Below are positions 48,971-51,319 of a DNA stretch of 51,319 nt, one piece after another. The notes beneath the pieces were generated by a model that did no database searches, was not told where the DNA came from, and saw nothing but the letters and a program-made list of their open reading frames with translations. Within the stretch, counting starts at the first letter, position 1; each line of letters starts with the position of its first letter. Both the position numbers and the translations under genes were made by a program. Source of the stretch: Oopsacas minuta (lineage: Eukaryota > Animalia > Porifera); NCBI GenBank assembly GCA_024704765.1, contig JAKMXF010000057.1, forward strand, positions 1 to 51,319, in the 5' to 3' direction.

Positions 48971-49881
48971 CAGTCAATGGACAAAGGTATTCGACCACCC
49001 AAATATATTGTCTTGAATTGTATACTCTTTCCCGTTCCAATATATTGTGTAGTCTATATTCGTGGCTGCAAACTAGTAATTTGCATAGAATGACATATGT
49101 TTTTCGAGAATTTCAAAAATATATTTTCGATTTACAATTTTTGAGGTGTTAATTATTAACAATTATTAGATAATTATTGATAATCAATATATGTGTTAAT
49201 TCAAAGCCTATTAAGAATCTATAATTTCTGACTTGATATTTGAATTCCAAGTAGGCGAGTTACCCCAGATTTAAATACCCAATCAGATTGAACAATTTCT
49301 ACCAAAGGTATAGAAGAATTTCAATTTGTCCCACTTGTGCCACTTTATGAAAAAGTGGCACAGGTGGCAGGAAAAAGCGCCACAAGGAAATCAACTAGGG
49401 TTAGGAGGAATAAGTCGAAGTAATATTTTCGAATGATATGACTATGCTAACCCTTGAATTACAAAATAACCTCTGGGTAGCGGCCACTTGTGCCACCTTA
49501 GCCAAAAGGTGGCACAAATGGCACAAATTAAAATTCTTCTATAACTTTGGTAAAAATTGTTCAATCTCATTGGAAATTAAAATCTGGGGTAACTCGCCTA
49601 CTTGGAATTCAAATATCAAGTCAGAAATTATAGATTCTTAATAGGCTTTGGATTAACACATATATTGATTATCAATAATTATCCAATAATTATTAATAAT
49701 TAACACCTTCAAAAATTGTAAATCGAAAGTATTTTTTTGAAATTCTTGAAAAACATATGTTATTCTATGCAAATTACTAGATTGCAGCCACGGATATAGA
49801 CTACACAATATATTGGAGCGGGAAAGAGTGTACAATTTATGACAATATATTTGTCTGGTCGAATACTTTGTCCATTGATTG
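48971..49881. mobile_element. 911-bp foldback element with TA TSD (Tc1/mariner-type ends)
   Basis: Ends are TA|CAGTCAATGGACAAAG...CTTTGTCCATTGATTG|TA. The ~400-bp arms are highly similar, around a ~100-bp spacer. Each arm's inner end carries its own CCACTTGTGCCAC...GTGGCACA hairpin. Confidence 0.9.
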
Positions 49882-50379
49882 TATATATTATTTAGTAATA
49901 GTAAGTAGCATATTTGCTATTGAATGGTGTATTAATCGAATTTCTATGTCCAAGGATACTCAAGTTATCAAGATTTTTTTCATATTTTATCATACCCTAA
50001 TATTATTACCCTCCCCCTTTTTTTACGATTATTTGAATATTCTATATCCTTGGTAAAATTTGTTATATAATCACCAAACTTAGTATATTTCTTTATCTAG
50101 ATCCAAATTCCTCAATAGGTTACCACAAAGAAATTTTACCAACGTTCCTTATCTCTTGTTCTTAACTTAGTTACCATTTATCTAGCATGGATTTTATGGT
50201 CAATTATAGTATCTATATCAAGCTCGATCAAATATTCATATTATTGGGTGATTATATTCCTATAATTTATTTATTTTTGAAATGGCAGAAAACACGCGTA
50301 GTAAAGTATTTCATCCTATTTTTGGTTATCCAGGACCCATTCCAGAAAATCAACTTCCAACAAAACTAGATATATATAA

Positions 50380-51319
50380 TCATTATGGAATGCTTAGAAA
50401 TGAAGATTCTAAATCAACTAGAGACGATATAGCGAAGGAATTAACTGAAGTATTAGTGTGATCTATAATTTGGCTTCCATACCCACTATATCAGAGCTCA
50501 AAATAAAATAGTGCATCATTTCTGATATTATTGAGAGAGCTAAATACTACGGAAAAAGTATCCAAAACAAGCAGCAACCTAATCGTATACAGCCTATTAT
50601 TTCCGAATTCAATGTCTTGTTCAATGTCTCAAGTTGCAAATGCCTAATTCAGGAAGGTAAATGTTTGTGCTCTCTCGATAAAAAGATAACACGCCGTGAG
50701 TGGCCATTTCTCTTTGATCAGGGAAACGCTCGAAAATTATTTATATCCAGCTTGGATTGCATGACAACCTCTAAAATATTGTTAAACAAAAAAGAGCCAC
50801 AATATAAAAGAGAAGAAAGGGAAATGAAGAGATTACATGCAGTTCAACCTTCGCAAGAATTTATAGAATGTGACTTTGAAGAGTTAGAATCTTTTGACTC
50901 GAGTACATCTATACTCACAAGTATACACGTAATCATAATCAATTACGAAATTTCGCCATAATGTGGGATAGATATCAAATTAGCGATCGGGCAGGCGCAG
51001 CTATAGCTTACGCAGTACTGCAGGATTACGGTGTTATCACACCGGAAGAAGATAGTCAAATTATTGATAGAAACAAACTCCGTAGATCTAGATTCTCTGT
51101 GAGAAAGGAATTGGCTAATGAGGGTCACGAAACTATCAATGATATATCTGCAATATATTTTGATGGTCGTAAAGATCAAACTCGAGTACTGGTAGGAAGA
51201 GAAGATGGGCATTTGCATCAGGATACTGCAAATGAAGAACATTATAGTGTCTTATCTGAACCGGGGAATCAGTATGTTGCCCATATAACACCAAGTTCTG
51301 GTAAAGCCAAAGATATAGC
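50380..51319 (+). mobile_element. hAT-superfamily (hATm-like) transposase, frameshifted, continues beyond window
   Basis: FNVSSCKC...CLC...KKI..REWPFLFDQ (50617-50961 frame) is followed by an open frame from 50949: DRYQISDRAGAAIA..VLQDYG...IIDRNKLRR...IYFDGRKDQT...EEHYSVLSEPGNQYVAHITPSSGKA. The FDGRKD family assignment is from recollection. Confidence 0.7.

Noticed and set aside
1-51319. CRISPR arrays, rRNA, tRNA, bacterial operons; TTG/GTG/CTG starts in the ORF track
   Set aside because: No repeat-spacer arrays or structural RNA signatures were seen. The sequence is eukaryotic with spliceosomal introns, so alternative bacterial start codons are not meaningful.

Overview
AT-rich eukaryotic (animal) DNA with short GT-AG introns. 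The style suggests an early-branching animal such as a sponge, but this is inference only. No rRNA, tRNA or CRISPR features were seen. Bases 1-34872 are a heavily shuffled segmental-duplication cluster built from three genes. The first is a Fat/protocadherin-like cadherin gene, present as two inverted, complementarily deleted copies. The second is a Fem-1-like ankyrin gene, present as four long copies plus fragments; only 10900-13105 is nearly intact, with one homopolymer frameshift. The third is a single-pass EGF-repeat receptor with an adhesion-GPCR-like HRM/GAIN-like segment, present as one near-full-length frameshifted copy plus fragments. The pieces are joined at microhomology junctions and interrupted by DNA transposons whose TSDs can be checked against empty sites in sister copies. 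These include a ~1.06 kb foldback element with 7-bp TSD and CATRG ends (P/Galileo-like), several hAT elements (8-bp TSD) and a DD37D Tc1/mariner. The most unusual is a 5.4 kb element with 31-bp TIRs and a 2-bp (TA) TSD, carrying a KDZ/HMGXB3-like transposase and a convergent ULP1-protease/PHD gene. After a single-N gap (34873) lie one apparently intact host gene (HEAT-repeat protein, 36553-39000, minus) and a transposon graveyard. The graveyard holds a second DD37D copy, a DD37E-like element, a Buster/Charlie hAT, pogo-like MITEs, a 911-bp TA foldback, a 174-bp tandem array and a hATm-like transposase running off the end. All identities come from motif recognition by eye; no database searches were run.
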